64,000 nt of DNA from positions 992,001-1,056,000 of the forward strand of contig ML996693.1 in the NCBI GenBank assembly GCA_010356995.1, written 5' to 3'. The translations under genes and the position numbers were made by a program. Position 1 is the first letter of the stretch. Every line of letters starts with the position of its first letter. Of this stretch, positions 45,479 through 58,508 are shown one piece after another. The notes beneath the pieces were generated by a model. It was given only the letters and a program-made list of their open reading frames with translations. It had not been told where the DNA came from and made no database searches. The DNA is from Trichodelitschia bisporula. Taxonomy: Eukaryota.

Positions 45479-46976
45479 CTACAAAAAGTACTCTCCCCTC
45501 GTGCTGCGCCCCGCCGGCACCGCCCGCCGATTATCCGGCACCGCGCTGAACAGCGTGAACTTGGGTTCGAGATCTTCGCCTAGACTCATGATGGATGCGA
45601 TGTTGCCGCAGCGGTAGCAGTAGTTGGGTGCTGACCATACCGTCACTACGTCCTTGTCTTTGAAGTGATACTGTTGGTGTTAGCACGTTGCGTTTTCGAG
45701 CTGGGTCAGAGACGTACCTTGTAGCCTTCGTTGACCAACTGATGCGCACGTGCTATCAACTGCAGTCCGTTGACATGGTTGAACTGTACCGTCAGCACAG
45801 CACTCTCTTTCATATCTTGAGGAACGCACCTCCGTTGCCACCTTATCGCCAAACAGCCACCCAGCCCCACGCGGCGACACAGCCCACGTATCGACATCCT
45901 CGGGGTCGCTCCACACGAGATCACAAAAGGCCCCTTCATGCGGAATCTCCTGCGCACGTGCCACGACACGGATCTGGTCCAACGTGCGGATCTCAGGGCT
46001 GAGCCCACCATGGACGCACAACACCTTGCCATCGATAATGGCGGCCACGGTGAGAAAGTCGAAGACCTGGCAGCAGGCCTTCCACACCGACGCATTGCCG
46101 TACTTCTGCTGGCACTCCTCGTAGAAACCGTAGACCTGGGTGATTTGACGAGATTCGTGGTTTCCGCGCACCAGCGTGACTTTATCGGGGTACCTTGGTT
46201 GTCAGAAGAGCGTTGAAGCGGAAAGGCAAAACGTACTTTGCCTTGAGGCACATGAGCAGCGTGAAGGTCTCGAGACTGAAATATCCCCTGTCCACAAAGT
46301 CTCCCAGAAATATGTAATTCTGGTGCCCATTGCCCCCGGAGCTGGCCTCGTTCATGGGGGGGTCGGACTCGGCGGACATGCTCCTCCGCTTGCTCACGCT
46401 CCGACTGCGCCCGCGCTCCTCCTCTTCCTCCTCCTCTTCAATGTCTTCCCCGGCGGGCGGGCTGCTCCCAATGTAGTTGGTGTCCCGCTGGAATCGCCGC
46501 TTCATCTTCCGCTTCGCCTTCGGGTCTGTGATAAAACTGGGCGGCTCGATGTCGGCGGGGTTTATGACGTTCGCGGACGGTGATGCGGGAGGCGGGGGCT
46601 TGCCATCCGGCATGCCGCCGGCTACTCTGAACAGCTCCAGCAAGTCGTAGAACTGGCCATGGATGTCGCCACACACGGTGACGGGGGTGCGGACGGGTTG
46701 TATGTTCGACTCTGCGGAGAGATAATCAGCCTCATTATCTTTGTCCTGGCGTGCAAAGCACGCAACAGCAAAGACGCAAGGCGGCGTCGGCTATAGGCGT
46801 CGCACATGGCATATCGTACCTTCCATTAGACATTCCTTGACAATCTCGCACAGCCGCTTCATGTCGGCTTCGGGCAGGTACTTGCACTGCTTCGCCGCCT
46901 CGAGCCACTCATCTGGCCCTGCACCCTTCGAGAGACGCGCCGGGCCCGGCTGGGGGACATCGCTGTCCTTAGCCAT
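45479..46976 (-). CDS. SIT4: Ser/Thr protein phosphatase PP6 catalytic subunit (Sit4/Ppe1)
   Basis: [50 protein letters not shown] and C-terminal YFL. Four introns. Confidence 0.93.
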
Positions 46977-48020
46977 GGCGCCAGAAGATAGAAATGAGGG
47001 TTGGTCACTGCGGAGTTGGAGGGGGGTGGGGGTCTGACGATGGGATTTGGTGGGTTGGATAGTGCTAGATGTGAGGGGTACTTGTACGTAGACGACGTTG
47101 AGTCCCGGTGGTTGTAGCTGGATGTGTGTCTACGTGGGGCTATTAATCATGGGTGGTCTGGCGCCGGCCGAGGAAATGCATGTGGAGCACGGAGCACGAT
47201 GGGCAAGAGTGGGTGTAGAGGGCTGCCAACAAGTGCGCGGACCTCTTAGATCTGGAGGGGTTCCGATCGGCCAGGAAGCGATGAAAGCGCGCGCTTATTC
47301 GAACTTTGGCATACGAGCACGTGTGCTAATTGTTGGCATAATTGCAACAGCTTTATTGCTCTCGTTTGATTGCCTCCTAAAGTTCTTCACTGGTCATGCC
47401 ATGTTCGTTTTGTGGGATGAGGAGGATGTTGTGCAACAGGCTTCTGCATCAAGATCCGGATTGTGAAGCGCCAGGTCGAAGGAGCAGTACTCCAAACCTC
47501 CCACGCCATACTGTAGTCCGGAGCAAGAGCATACGGCATGGCAAAGGCATGGTGATGCATGGGAATCCGAAAAGAGCATTGAGGTTTGTGGATGGAGCGA
47601 ATCGATAATGAAGCAAGCAATGCACAGCAGGAACACTACAGTCGCTGCAGAGACTCAACCCGGCTTCGACAGCCTGCTGGATGCGACGAATTCCTTCTGA
47701 AAGTTGCTGGGTGCTGCCAGTGACGCGCAAGCGAAGAAGCTCGCCTTCCTTCGACACCTCCCAAACTCAACAAGCGCCTGCCGCGCCTAAACGCCGCAAC
47801 CCCCACAGACAGCCAAGACCCCTTGGTTCGCGCGTCATCCCCACCTTTTCGAGAAAGCCGCGCCTTCACCTTACAGTATCGAGAGTCACCAACACTCAGG
47901 AAGGAGGCGAACACTTCCTCAGCTGCTGCCTTCCTCTCACTACAACAACACTTTCGCGTCCCTTTATCTCCTTTGCCCCGCCAATGCTCACACAGTAACT
48001 CACTTTCGCCCATCCTCAAC

Positions 48021-49992
48021 ATGCCCGGTCCTACACCAATGGCCAACGGTGTACTCGCAGTCCCCGCTGCTGCTCTGCAGAAGCAAGCCCCTCCGAACAA
48101 TGCGCCTCGCGGTCCTTCACGCAAGCTGGCGGCTCCCCGCTTGAAGCTACTCCTCCGCCGTCTGCCTCCCGGCCTCACTCAAGCTGAGCTGGAGGGTATC
48201 TTGGGCGAGGAGTGGAAAGTGGGAGAGGGCAAGGTCGACTGGTTTGAGTTCAAGCCGGGAAAAGTGTCCAAAGAGTGTGTAGTCTTTGAGCCTCCTTGTA
48301 GAGCTTGCATTGACGGAATCTAGTCTGGCAAAGCCCTCACGCCCAACCCGGGCCTACTTCCACCTCACGGATCAGGCCCACATCTCTGAACTCGGCGATA
48401 CAGTCCGACAGGCTACCTTTCACGACGCAAAGAACACGATCAAGGACCCTGCGCTCGTCGGGCCCCCGAGTCTCGAATTCGCACCCTATGCTCGCGTGCC
48501 TGTGGGCAAGAAGCGGAATGATGTCCGACAGGGAACTATCGACCAGGACCCAGAGTTCAAGGACTTCCTCGAGAGTCTCACGAACCCAATCCCGAAGCCG
48601 CCAGGCGTCGACGCGGAGACTACTCCAACTAAGAAGGAAGAGATCACCACAACCCCCCTGATCGAGCACTTGCGCGAGAAGAAGGCTGCAAAGGACAAGC
48701 CGTCGGGTGTCAAGGCTGGCACGAAGCATGGCCGGCTCGACACTAAGGAGAACAAGCTTGATAAGACACCAAAGGGCGTTAAGGTCACAAAAGATGCTGG
48801 CACCCCAGAGAAGGGCAAGCGGTCGTCAAAGGCGGAGAAGGTCCCAGTGCAGCCCGTCAAGCTCCTCAGCAAGGAATCTCCCTCTCCCTCTTTGTCCGTC
48901 AAAGCTGCAGCTTCGCCTAGCACACCCTCGGAGAATCGTCGTGAGCGCGGTACTCCCATGAACATCGCTGCGAAGATCCAGCGCGACCTCGGCATCGGCC
49001 CCGCAGCCGGACGGCGCCCGCGCCGCGAGCAGAACGTCGACCCGGCCAAGCCGACCACCGCCGAAGCATTCAAGGACTCCCCTTCGGCGCCCACCTCCCC
49101 GGTCGTTGGCCCTGTCGGCTCTCCAGTCCAGGCCGCTACACGCCCGCCGAAGCGTGAGCGCCGCGACCGGCGTGGACCGAAGCCCGGTCTGAACGAGAAG
49201 ACGAACGTCGACAATGGCGAGTCCGCCACCAAGCCACCGCCCAAGACACCAACGGGTCCAGCCCAGCCGACCATCCTGAGGAAACCACAGCAGGCCCAAT
49301 CCCTCCCGCCGAAGGGACCAGCCGCGCAGCGCGCCCCCCCCGCCCCGCAAACTCCCAAGCCCGCCCCCGCCAAACCCGACGCCATTTCCAACATGCCGCA
49401 AGGCCCACCAATCAAGCAAGCCTTCCTCAAGCACGCCAACCCCTCGCAAGGCATAACCGAAGCCCTCCTCGAAACCGCGCTCAGCGCCTTCGGTACAATC
49501 GAGAAAGTCGAAATCGATAGGAAGAAAGGCTTCGCATATGTCGATTTCGTGGATCCGGAAGGCTTGCAGCGTGCGATCGCTGCGAGCCCGGTTAAGGTTG
49601 CTCAAGGCGCGGTGCAGGTGCTTGAGAGGCGCGAGCGTGTGTCTGGGCGCTTGGTGCCGCAGGGCCCGGTGCAGGGGCAGAGTCCGGCGGTGGGCCAGGG
49701 CCGCGGTGGGTTTAGAGGGAGGGGGCGGGGAGGCCGGGGTGGTGGACGGGTTATTGCTGTTGCGGCTGGTGGACCGGGTGTGCAGCAGGGGGCGGTGCCG
49801 ACGGCGCCGGCTTCTGCTGCTGCGCCGGCTCCCGCTCCCGCCCCGCCCGTTACGCAGACCCAGGCATCGGCTCCGCCCGTTCCTCCGATTTCGGTGCCTG
49901 CGCCCGTAGTCTCGCTGCCGGTGGCTCCGGCGCCTAGTTCCTCGCCTGCTCTGGTGCCGGCTCCGACTCCGGCGCCTGCTCCGACGACTTAG
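48021..49992 (+). CDS. UPF3: Nonsense-mediated decay factor Upf3 (Smg-4/UPF3) with C-terminal RRM
   Basis: RLKLLLRRLPPGLT, KPSRPTRAYF, EFAPY and GTIDQDPEFKDFLESL. RRM AFLKHANPSQG...KGFAYVDF. Intron at about 48275-48323. Confidence 0.92.
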
Positions 49993-50906
49993 GACGACAC
50001 TTCTTACTCTTACAGTTATTGACATTGTACATGGCGGGCAGTTGTTTAGCGTGTATGGATGGATTCATGGGTTAAGGGGCGATGGCATAGCGGATATGAT
50101 AGTTTGCATGTAACTACTGCTATTGGGTTTGTTAGCGGGGCAATGTTAAGAGATTAGTGTTGTGTGTGCGAGCTGGGCTGGTCATGTCGTGATTCCGATC
50201 CTTGGACTACGCCGTACTGTACCGTAGTAAACTGACCCAATGCTCTACCGCAGTATACGTAGTAGTGCGGTACGTACCCCTCCGCTATCGGCCCTCCCCC
50301 CCCAGCCCCACCGCACCGCCACGCCCTGTCCCACACCCCGCACTCAACCCGCAACACCACTCATCTCCCCCACTCCCCTCCATTCGCCAACCTCACCTCT
50401 CTCCCTCGACCTATCACCTCTCATCCCCCCCCCCTCTCCGCCGAGGCCCGCCAAGCAGGGCGCAAAGAATGGCATCATGCTTCCAGGGCATGGCGATGAC
50501 ATCGCATCGCAGATGTAGGCTGCGAATCGGCGCGGCTGAATTAGAGGATCCCGGTGTTGCAGCGGGAGATTAGCATGCGACTGCGGGTTGGCTTGGGAGT
50601 GATGGGCTGCGTTTCTAGAATGAGTGGATTAAGCCCTAGCCCGCTTGCTGGCGACGGTGACGGTTGATTAGAACTAAGCTTTGGTTTGTGACATTTGAGG
50701 GCGCGGTATATTAACCTGGTGCCCGGTGACGGGGGCGCTTAGTTCTGGGGTTGAGATTTTGCACTGACGGACGGCGGTTGATTTTGTGCTTGCTTGCTGG
50801 ATTTGAGAATTGAGATATTCGTCAGAGGGAGGGAAGCAGTGTCGTGAGCACGACGATACCCTTCCATACCTGTATCCTGTCGCCGCTCGACCGCAGCGCC
50901 ATCACG

Positions 50907-52055
50907 ATGATGTATCCGGCACTCGCCCTCGCGGCGCTCCCTCTCCTCGTCACCGGCGCAAACACCCCCCCAAACCCGCACGACAACAACAAAGCCTGCA
51001 CCTGCTACCGCGTCCCCTCCGGCCCCGACACAGCCTACTTCTCCTACCACCGCTTCTACGATTTCCGCTCCCTGCGGCCAACCCACGATCTCTCCAACCC
51101 GTTCGAGCCCCCGCCGCGCGTGACCGAGAACCAACGGTCGGGGAAGGAGAAGAGTAGGGATGATGCGTTTTTCAACAGTGGGAGGATGGCCGAGGATTGG
51201 GGCGTGATGGATTGGGGGAAGAAGAGGGAGGAGGATGCGCCCCTGCGGGTGCAGAATAGTCCGCTTAATGTGTATATCAGTATGTTGAGTCTCCCCTCTC
51301 CTACCTGATTCTGTGGGATGAGAAGGCGAGACGAGGCTGACGTCCCAGGCTACCCACGCAACGCGAGCGAACCCTCCGCCCTAACCCTCCGCACAACCCG
51401 ACAACCCCTCTACCAATCCACGGCCGAACTCGAAACCACCCTCCATACCATGCAACACATCTCGCTCCGGGTCTCCGCCCGCGTAACCGGGTCCCCAGGC
51501 GCGGTGGCCGGACTCTTCACCTACGCCTCCGGCACCTCGGAAAGCGACATCGAAATCTTAACCCGCGACGACCCGTCCAAAATCCGGTACACCAACCAGC
51601 CCGCCGTGGACAAGAAGGGGGACGATATTCCCGCCGCGAGCAGGGCAGTGGCCGGGCAAGCACCTTGGGATGAGTGGCGGGTGCATCGGCTGGACTGGTT
51701 GCCGGGGAAGAGTAGGTGGTATTTGGATGGAGACAAGGTGGCGGAGAGTACGTATGGAGTGCCGAAAGAGCCGAGCTATGTAGTGTTGAACATGTGGGGG
51801 GATGGGGGGGAATGGAGTGGGGAGATGGATGTGGGCGGGGAGGCGGAGTTGCAGGTGAGGTGGATGGAGATGGTGTTCAATGTTAGTGGGAAGGGGGAAA
51901 CGGGGAATTGTAAGGTTGGGTGTGTGATAGATGGAGTGAAGGAGCTGGGAACGCCGGAGGTGGTGTTTAAGGGTGGAGCGGAGTTGGGGAGGGGAGGTGT
52001 TGGTTGGACGTTCCTGGCTGGAATGGTTGGGATGGTGGTGGTTTGGGTGCTTTGA
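50907..52055 (+). CDS. Secreted GH16 glycoside hydrolase, probably GPI-anchored
   Basis: Signal peptide, GAVAGLFTY...ESDIEILT (ExDxE), HRLDWLPG, hydrophobic C-terminus. Intron at about 51280-51348. Confidence 0.88.
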
Positions 52056-52461
52056 GGGGGGGATTTGGAGCTAGCTTGGGATTGTGGATTCTCCTTCGGA
52101 TCGTGTCTTCTATGGAGGTTTACTGCTGGCTGGTGGCGGGTTGGACTGGTCGTTGCGTGGGTATGTGATGTGATATGTTGTACTTCGTAGCCAACTGACG
52201 GCGTTCAGTACGGATAGAGGGACCATGAGTTAGGACGCATACAGGCCATGACTATGGATGGGTGAAAAACCTGAAGTCGATGCTAAGATGAAGAGAGTCA
52301 AAGACTCAAGAATAAATACATGGTGCCAAGTGTGCTTCTATGCCCCTTCCTCCCATCATGTTCCTTCCCGAGAGTGATATGCTCCTGTCACATTCCACGT
52401 CATCATGGCTAATTGTCATTCTATATGCGCCTACCCATCTCCCACACATGACAGGATCTAT

Positions 52462-53982
52462 CTACTCCCGCTTAGTCCCCATCCGCGGCAAGCTAAACCA
52501 CAACACCCAAAGCACACACAGCATCGCCAACACAATCGGCTGCAAAACCTGCACCCCCCTCGCCTGCGCAATCGCCCCAACGGCGAACGGAAACATAGCC
52601 GCCCCACCCCCCCCAAACGCCGCCGCAAACCCCACACTCCCCACATGCAAATGCCTCGGGAGCAACTTCGTCGTCGCAACCACGGCGGCGGGAAACAGTG
52701 GCCCTAAAAAGAATCCCTGTAACCCGATCGCGACCGCGGAGACATAAAACTGCGGTACGAGCCAGAAGAGCAGCTGCAGCCCAATGCACAGGGGGAGGTA
52801 TATCAACACCGCCCTCCACTCCCCAATCCGCGGCGTCACGAAACCCAGCACCACGCGACCCAGCGTCATACCCGCCCAGAAACCAGTGGCCGCGATACCG
52901 CTCGCGAGTGCGGACCCGTGCCGCACCCGCAGCATGAACGTCGTGATCCAACCCCCGAGCGCGACTTCGGCCCCGACGTACACGAACAGGAAAAGACTAC
53001 AGATCCAAGTCACCCGCGCCGCGGGGCGGCGGAATAGCGCTTCTTTCATGCGCCCGCCCTCCGCGCCGGGAGTCCGGGGATGTGCGGCGCGATACTCCGC
53101 GCCCGTGGCGGACCAGAAGGCCGTGCTGCTCGCTAGGAGTTCGAGGGCTGCGACTGCGAGCATCAGGTAGTAGAAATAATACCATGGAAAGCCGCCCTGG
53201 GTGATCATACTCGTGGCGATGATGGGCGCAACCGTCGCCCCCAACCCGTAAAACGCATGTAAGAAACCTAACACTTCGTTGGTGCGCGCCATATTGCCCA
53301 CCCAGGCGTTCCAGGCTGCGTCTTCGAGGCCGTTGCCGAAGCCGGCGAGCATGAAGATTACGACGAGGACGGGGAAGGGGGGGTGGATAGACGCCACTGC
53401 GTAGGCGATGATATGGCAGGTGGGGCAGATGAGGGCTACGCCGCGCTGGCCGAAGCGCAGGTGCACCATGTTGTTGAGCATGGCGCTGGCGGTGTACCCG
53501 ACTAGGGGCGAGAGGAAGACGAGGGAGACGATGGCGTAGTTTAGGTTGTAGTAGGTTTCCAGCTAGAGCAAAGGGTTAGAACGCCGGGATTCAGAACTCA
53601 GTTAAGGTATATGGTAAGTACATATGGGATGAGAGCCTTGCTGCGTTAGTGACTGATATCAAAAAAGGGGGATACTTACGCCTATGGCGGCATCATTCAT
53701 GCCCATGACTGCAAAACCGAGAAACGCGGCGGAAGTGCGCCATATGTTGCGGCGCGGGAAATTCCACTTCTCGACCTGCTCGACGGCCGTCGTCGGTGGC
53801 GCTCGAAGGCCATCGGCGTCCATATACGAGATGCCATTTGAGGCATTCACACTGCCTGCGCGGCTCCCGAGGGGTGACTGCTTTGGGGACTGTTGCTTCT
53901 GGAGAAGAGTAATGGGCACTTGAGGAACGGGTTCGAGTTCAATGACACAAGTGGCAGATCCACCAGCACCGAGGGCCGACAT
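52462..53982 (-). CDS. MFS transporter (BSC6/FucP-like)
   Basis: MGMNDAAIG/ALIPY/LETYY, GFGNGLEDAAWNAW and YVGAEVALGGWI. Includes a 15-nt microexon at 53636-53622. Confidence 0.88.
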
Positions 53983-54759
53983 GATGAATAATATGCGATG
54001 AATTGGCGTTATCAGAAATCCAGTGGTTATCGGCCAAGTTTTGTACCCGAGCCTGATGCGGGGAATATGCAGGGAACCCGGCCCGCATCCCGAAAAATGT
54101 GGGGCATCGGCTTACCGTGCAGTTCTTAGGGCAGACTAGAGCTGTATTCGGCTTCTAGAATCGAATCCCGTGTTACAGTGCATTGCGCAGATACGACGAT
54201 CACGATGGCGAATTGACGGATCTCTTGCCGCTCGTGCCGCAATGGAGGCATCGAAAAGGCACTTGGCGCCAAGTGAGGGTTCAGTGAGGAGATAGGGAAA
54301 TCTGAGGATGGAACAGTGAAAGGAATAATGAAATCAACGTCAAGACAAAGAGTAACAAAGCAAATGGAGGAAACAATAGTACAATGCAGCCTTGTTCTCG
54401 CCAATTCGGTGCTCATATCCCTTCCATTCAGCTTACATGTGTTTTACTCGACGATCCATTCGCTGCTGAAGGTTGTACGCGGAGTATGAGTTTCTGACCC
54501 CGACACATAGTGAGAAAGTGCTTGAAACTGGTGATGTTGGCGCCATGTGTTGAGGGGAACGACTGAGAGGTGTTTGAGGGAGGAAGATGAATATGTCAAC
54601 GGGTAGAGTACAAGTAGCCAGGCTTCAAGCGAGAATTAGCCATCATATCTCGCCCTTTGCTTCGACACCAAGACCTCTCCTCCAACCTCACCAGCTTTGG
54701 ACATTTCCTACGAAACTCCACGAGTGAGGGTCGAATCGTTAAACGGGCACTACAGCGAA

Positions 54760-55900
54760 ATGGAGCGTCCGTATACCTCTCCGAACCCTTGCGACCCGAA
54801 TGGAGCCAAACTCCTCAGTATCAAAGACCTACAGGTCGGGCACCTGTATTCCGCGAAGTTCCAGTTTCCACATGATATCCTCAACAACGCGTCACCCCCC
54901 ACCAGTCCCTCCACTTGCGAGTGTGTTGTTGGCGGGTGGTACCACCCCTTCAAAACACCCCCGTTAGACAAAATGTCGAAGGAAACCGGCAAATGGATAT
55001 CCACGACGGGGCCGAAATACTACCGCCCATTTGATGATTGGAGTTGACACCAAAACTGGAATTGTCCATTTCATGCTCGGATCGAGCAACCCGAGGGAAG
55101 AGTTTCCGCACAGATGGATTCCCGAGAAAAACGCCACACGGCGGAATAATATGACTTGGGAGGTCTTGGAAACTGACTCGCCGGACTTCCGCTGGACAAC
55201 CGGCTACATCTGCTTCAGTCACATATTCCAAGCGCGCCTACTGCTGCCCTTCAAGGATCAGCCGAACGACGGCCCAGGCGGAGCCCACTTCACATACTTA
55301 AGTGGGCATACTTCGGGAGTCAGGTGCACAAACCTCGATAAGATCAGGGAGCTGCACCATAAGTACTGGGAGCGCCGCGGTGTCATTTTGATGAATGAGC
55401 AGCCCGCTCAGGATCAAAATCTCATAGACGCCGGAAAGGGAGGTGGTTCAGACGAAGGCGGTACAGATTGGCCTTCTCTATCCAACCACGCCTGCGAGAA
55501 CGATGAGAAGTTCACGCTTGGATATACGTTGAGGAGGATCTTATTGAATACCATCGCAATATGGTCTCAGTTCCTCAAGCGTAGCAGAGAGGCAACTAAA
55601 GCTAGCCGCCCGCTAACCAGCGGATGCGATAGACCTCGCACCGGTTGAATAGCCTTAAAACCAGGGGTGGATACGACTCGGACAAATGCTGAGGAGAAGG
55701 AGGACGATGAGGAGGAGCAGGAATACGACGAAGAGGAGAAGGAGGACGACGACTAGGCGGAGAAGGAGAATGGGCCGAAGTAGGCCGAGGCCATTGTTCG
55801 TATGGCGGTTTTACTCCGACAATTTCCCTCAGAGGTTCCGTCTCGGTCGAGAGCTTTTGGATGAGGAGAAGGGCGACCGACAGGCGAGCGAAGTATCGCA
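54760..55900 (+). pseudogene. Possible disrupted gene of unknown family (frameshift near 55030, stop-interrupted acidic tail)
   Basis: Protein-like ORFs 54760-55047 and 55031-55648 overlap out of frame. An acidic codon run at 55690-55785 is broken by TAG codons. Confidence 0.4.
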
Positions 55901-56376
55901 GGAGGGTCAGTGTCGCGATTTCCAGGGCTTCGAGCCTCATGGAGCACTGGTACTCCGTTACCGTTTGGTTATTTTTGGCATGGGGTTGAGTCTTGGTGGT
56001 TTCCGCGTATGGGTTGGAAGCGTCTGTCCGCAGATCTTGGTAAACGCAAAATGGAGTTTGTGTCGTTGTATATGCGTGTGGAAGTTCTAAAAGTGTTCGA
56101 TGTCGAGGGTGTTCAATCGGAGCGCTGAAACATATCGCCGTGCAGGAGCCCTGCTGCCTTGTGTCTTGACGTCTGGTTCGAGGACGCGTAGTCTGCCCTT
56201 GCTTGCCCACAAAATCGCTTTTGTCCTACCTCTACACCTTCCCTTGCCCTTGACTTGTACACAGTGGGTGATCCCGTAGCATACCATCCACCGCCTCAAT
56301 CTGCTGTTTCCACCCAACGAGACCCGTCTCCCCGAAGCACCTATCGCGATGAAGAGCATCGCACCTGGCACCCACC

Positions 56377-57553
56377 ATGGACGGCATTGACGCTACAGAC
56401 CACTACCTAGACCCCAAGAACGGCCCCCCCCCCTCTCTCCTCGTCGTAATCCTCGACACAAACCCCTCCTCCTGGGCACGCCTCTCCCCAACCCTCCCCC
56501 TCGGCGACGCCCTCTCCGCCCTCCAAATCTTCATCAACGCCCACCTCGCCATCTCCCCCACAAACCAAACCGTCGTCCTCGCGTCCCACATCGACCGCGT
56601 CGCTTGGGTATTTCCCTCGCCGCCGAACGGCCCCTCTGCCGCCACAAATGGCGCTGCGTTTCCCAGCGGCGCGCTGCCCCCACTCCAAGCCGCGAATAAG
56701 TACCACCCGTTCGCCGTCCTGGAGGCCACGATCACCGCGTCCCTAGCCGACCTCTTCGCGAACACTTCGCCCGAGGCCGTAGCGCGGGCGTACTCGGCGA
56801 CGCAAGTAGCGGGCGCGCTCGGCCTGGCGCTCAACTACATAAACCGGCAACAAGCGCTAGCGCGGCCAGGCGGCGAAGCAAATAAACCGAACACAGCCCC
56901 CGGTGCCGACGACCTGGGAGCCAAGGCACTGCTAACGTCACGCATCCTCGTGCTCTCGGCTAGCAGCGATCTGAGCGCGCAGTACAGCAACATCATGAGC
57001 AGCATGTTTACGGCGCAAAGACTGGGCGTTGCGATCGACGTGCTCACGCTCGCTGGGAAGATGGTTTTCCTGCAGCAGGCGGCTGATGCGACGAATGGGG
57101 TGCATATGGCGCTGCCTGAATCGGAGCCTGGTGGCAAGGGGCCTAGTCCCCGTAGTGCTGCTCTGCTGCAGTTCCTCATGATGGCGTATCTGCCCGATGC
57201 CACGGCGCGCAAGGCGCTGGTCAGTCCCGGTGCTGGGGAGGTGGACTTCCGCACTGAGTGCTTTTGCCATCAGCGCGTCGTGGATATGGGGTTTGTGTGC
57301 GCCATCTGCTTGAGTAGTATGTTCGACTGTCTTCATCATTTGTGGCCTGCTGACTTTGCCAGTATTTTGTGAACCTCCATCGGGGAACATTTGCTTGTCG
57401 TGCGATAACCCGCTCACGCTGCCGCCGAAGTACAATGTCAAGCCCGCGGTTGTGCCCCGCAAGAAGAAGGCGAAGCGCAAGCGGCCCGCGGATGGGAATG
57501 GGGTTGGGAGCGGGGTTGCCACGCCGGCGGATGTGTCGACGCCGACTGCATAG
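56377..57553 (+). CDS. TFB4: TFIIH core subunit Tfb4/p34
   Basis: SLLVVILDTNP, FINAHLA, FLQQAADATNG, VDFRTECFCH...GFVCAICLSIFC...CLSC. Intron at about 57317-57362. Confidence 0.93.
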
Positions 57554-58367
57554 CGGATTCCGAGTACTAGTGACGAGTGTTGCACGGGCTTTCGTACCGG
57601 GTGTAAGTCTATGAGCTGAGGCTAATGGGATTGGGCGGCGTTGGAAGATGGCTTAAGTGTACTCTAGTTCTAGATGAGAGGGAGCATGCATGAATCGGCG
57701 TTTTGGCTTGTAATCACGACGGACCCTAAAATGCATCTGAAGCACAGAAATGCCATTAATGTTCTGAGCCGTTCGTAGATGCCTATTACCTTGGCCTCGG
57801 CCATCCTGAAACTTCGATGGTAGGCCTAATTGCCATGCTGATTTCAGCTCTTTCGGTACTACCGTGACTGCCAAGATCGGGTACGGTTGTGCCTGGCGGG
57901 CCTGATGCCAGATCGGCCAATGAGCACCCAGACACGGACTCGCGACAACCATCGCAGCTGTATCGTCGTGGCCTCTCGATTCCCAGTGGCTAACGGGTTA
58001 CTGCACTAGAATGAGGTGAAACAAGAGTAGTTCATTCTCGCCACGAGCTGAACCGGTGCGAACCAGTGTCATTATCCTCATCCATCAGCCTCTGCCTCCG
58101 GATATTAAAATTGATGCTCCGTCGCGCAGAGTGCCTTGCGCCTCCCGTTGTGATCGTCAATCCACTAAAATAACGTCAAGTCAATGGTCCCACTCATGAG
58201 CTGCCTACGGATGTAGTTCTAAATATTCTCTGCTATGTACCGTTCAACTCCGGACTGTGCCGTCTGCTTCGTGCTACACCCGAGAGTAGTGGAACGGCGA
58301 TACAAGGCTATGCAGCTCTAAAGCGTAGTTGCTTGGAGGAGCCAACTCGTTAAGGCGTAGATCTATG

Positions 58368-58376
58368 TATATATAA
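58368..58376 (+). promoter_or_regulatory. TATA box upstream of secreted paralogue 1
   Basis: TATATATAA about 140 bp upstream of the ATG at 58509, followed by a CT-rich leader. Confidence 0.5.
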
Positions 58377-58508
58377 GGTGCACGATGAGGCCTCCTAAGA
58401 TTCCTCAAGCTTCTCTTCCTCAAATATCAGCATCTCTGTTTACATTCGGACGCCATAATCAACGAACGAACGATTAGGCCTCTACGAGCCCACTGCTTAT
58501 CGATCGCT

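Noticed and set aside
45560..45575. GGTTCGA T-loop-like motifs (also near 53930 and 56175)
   Set aside because: No cloverleaf or A-box around them, and two fall inside coding sequence; not tRNAs.
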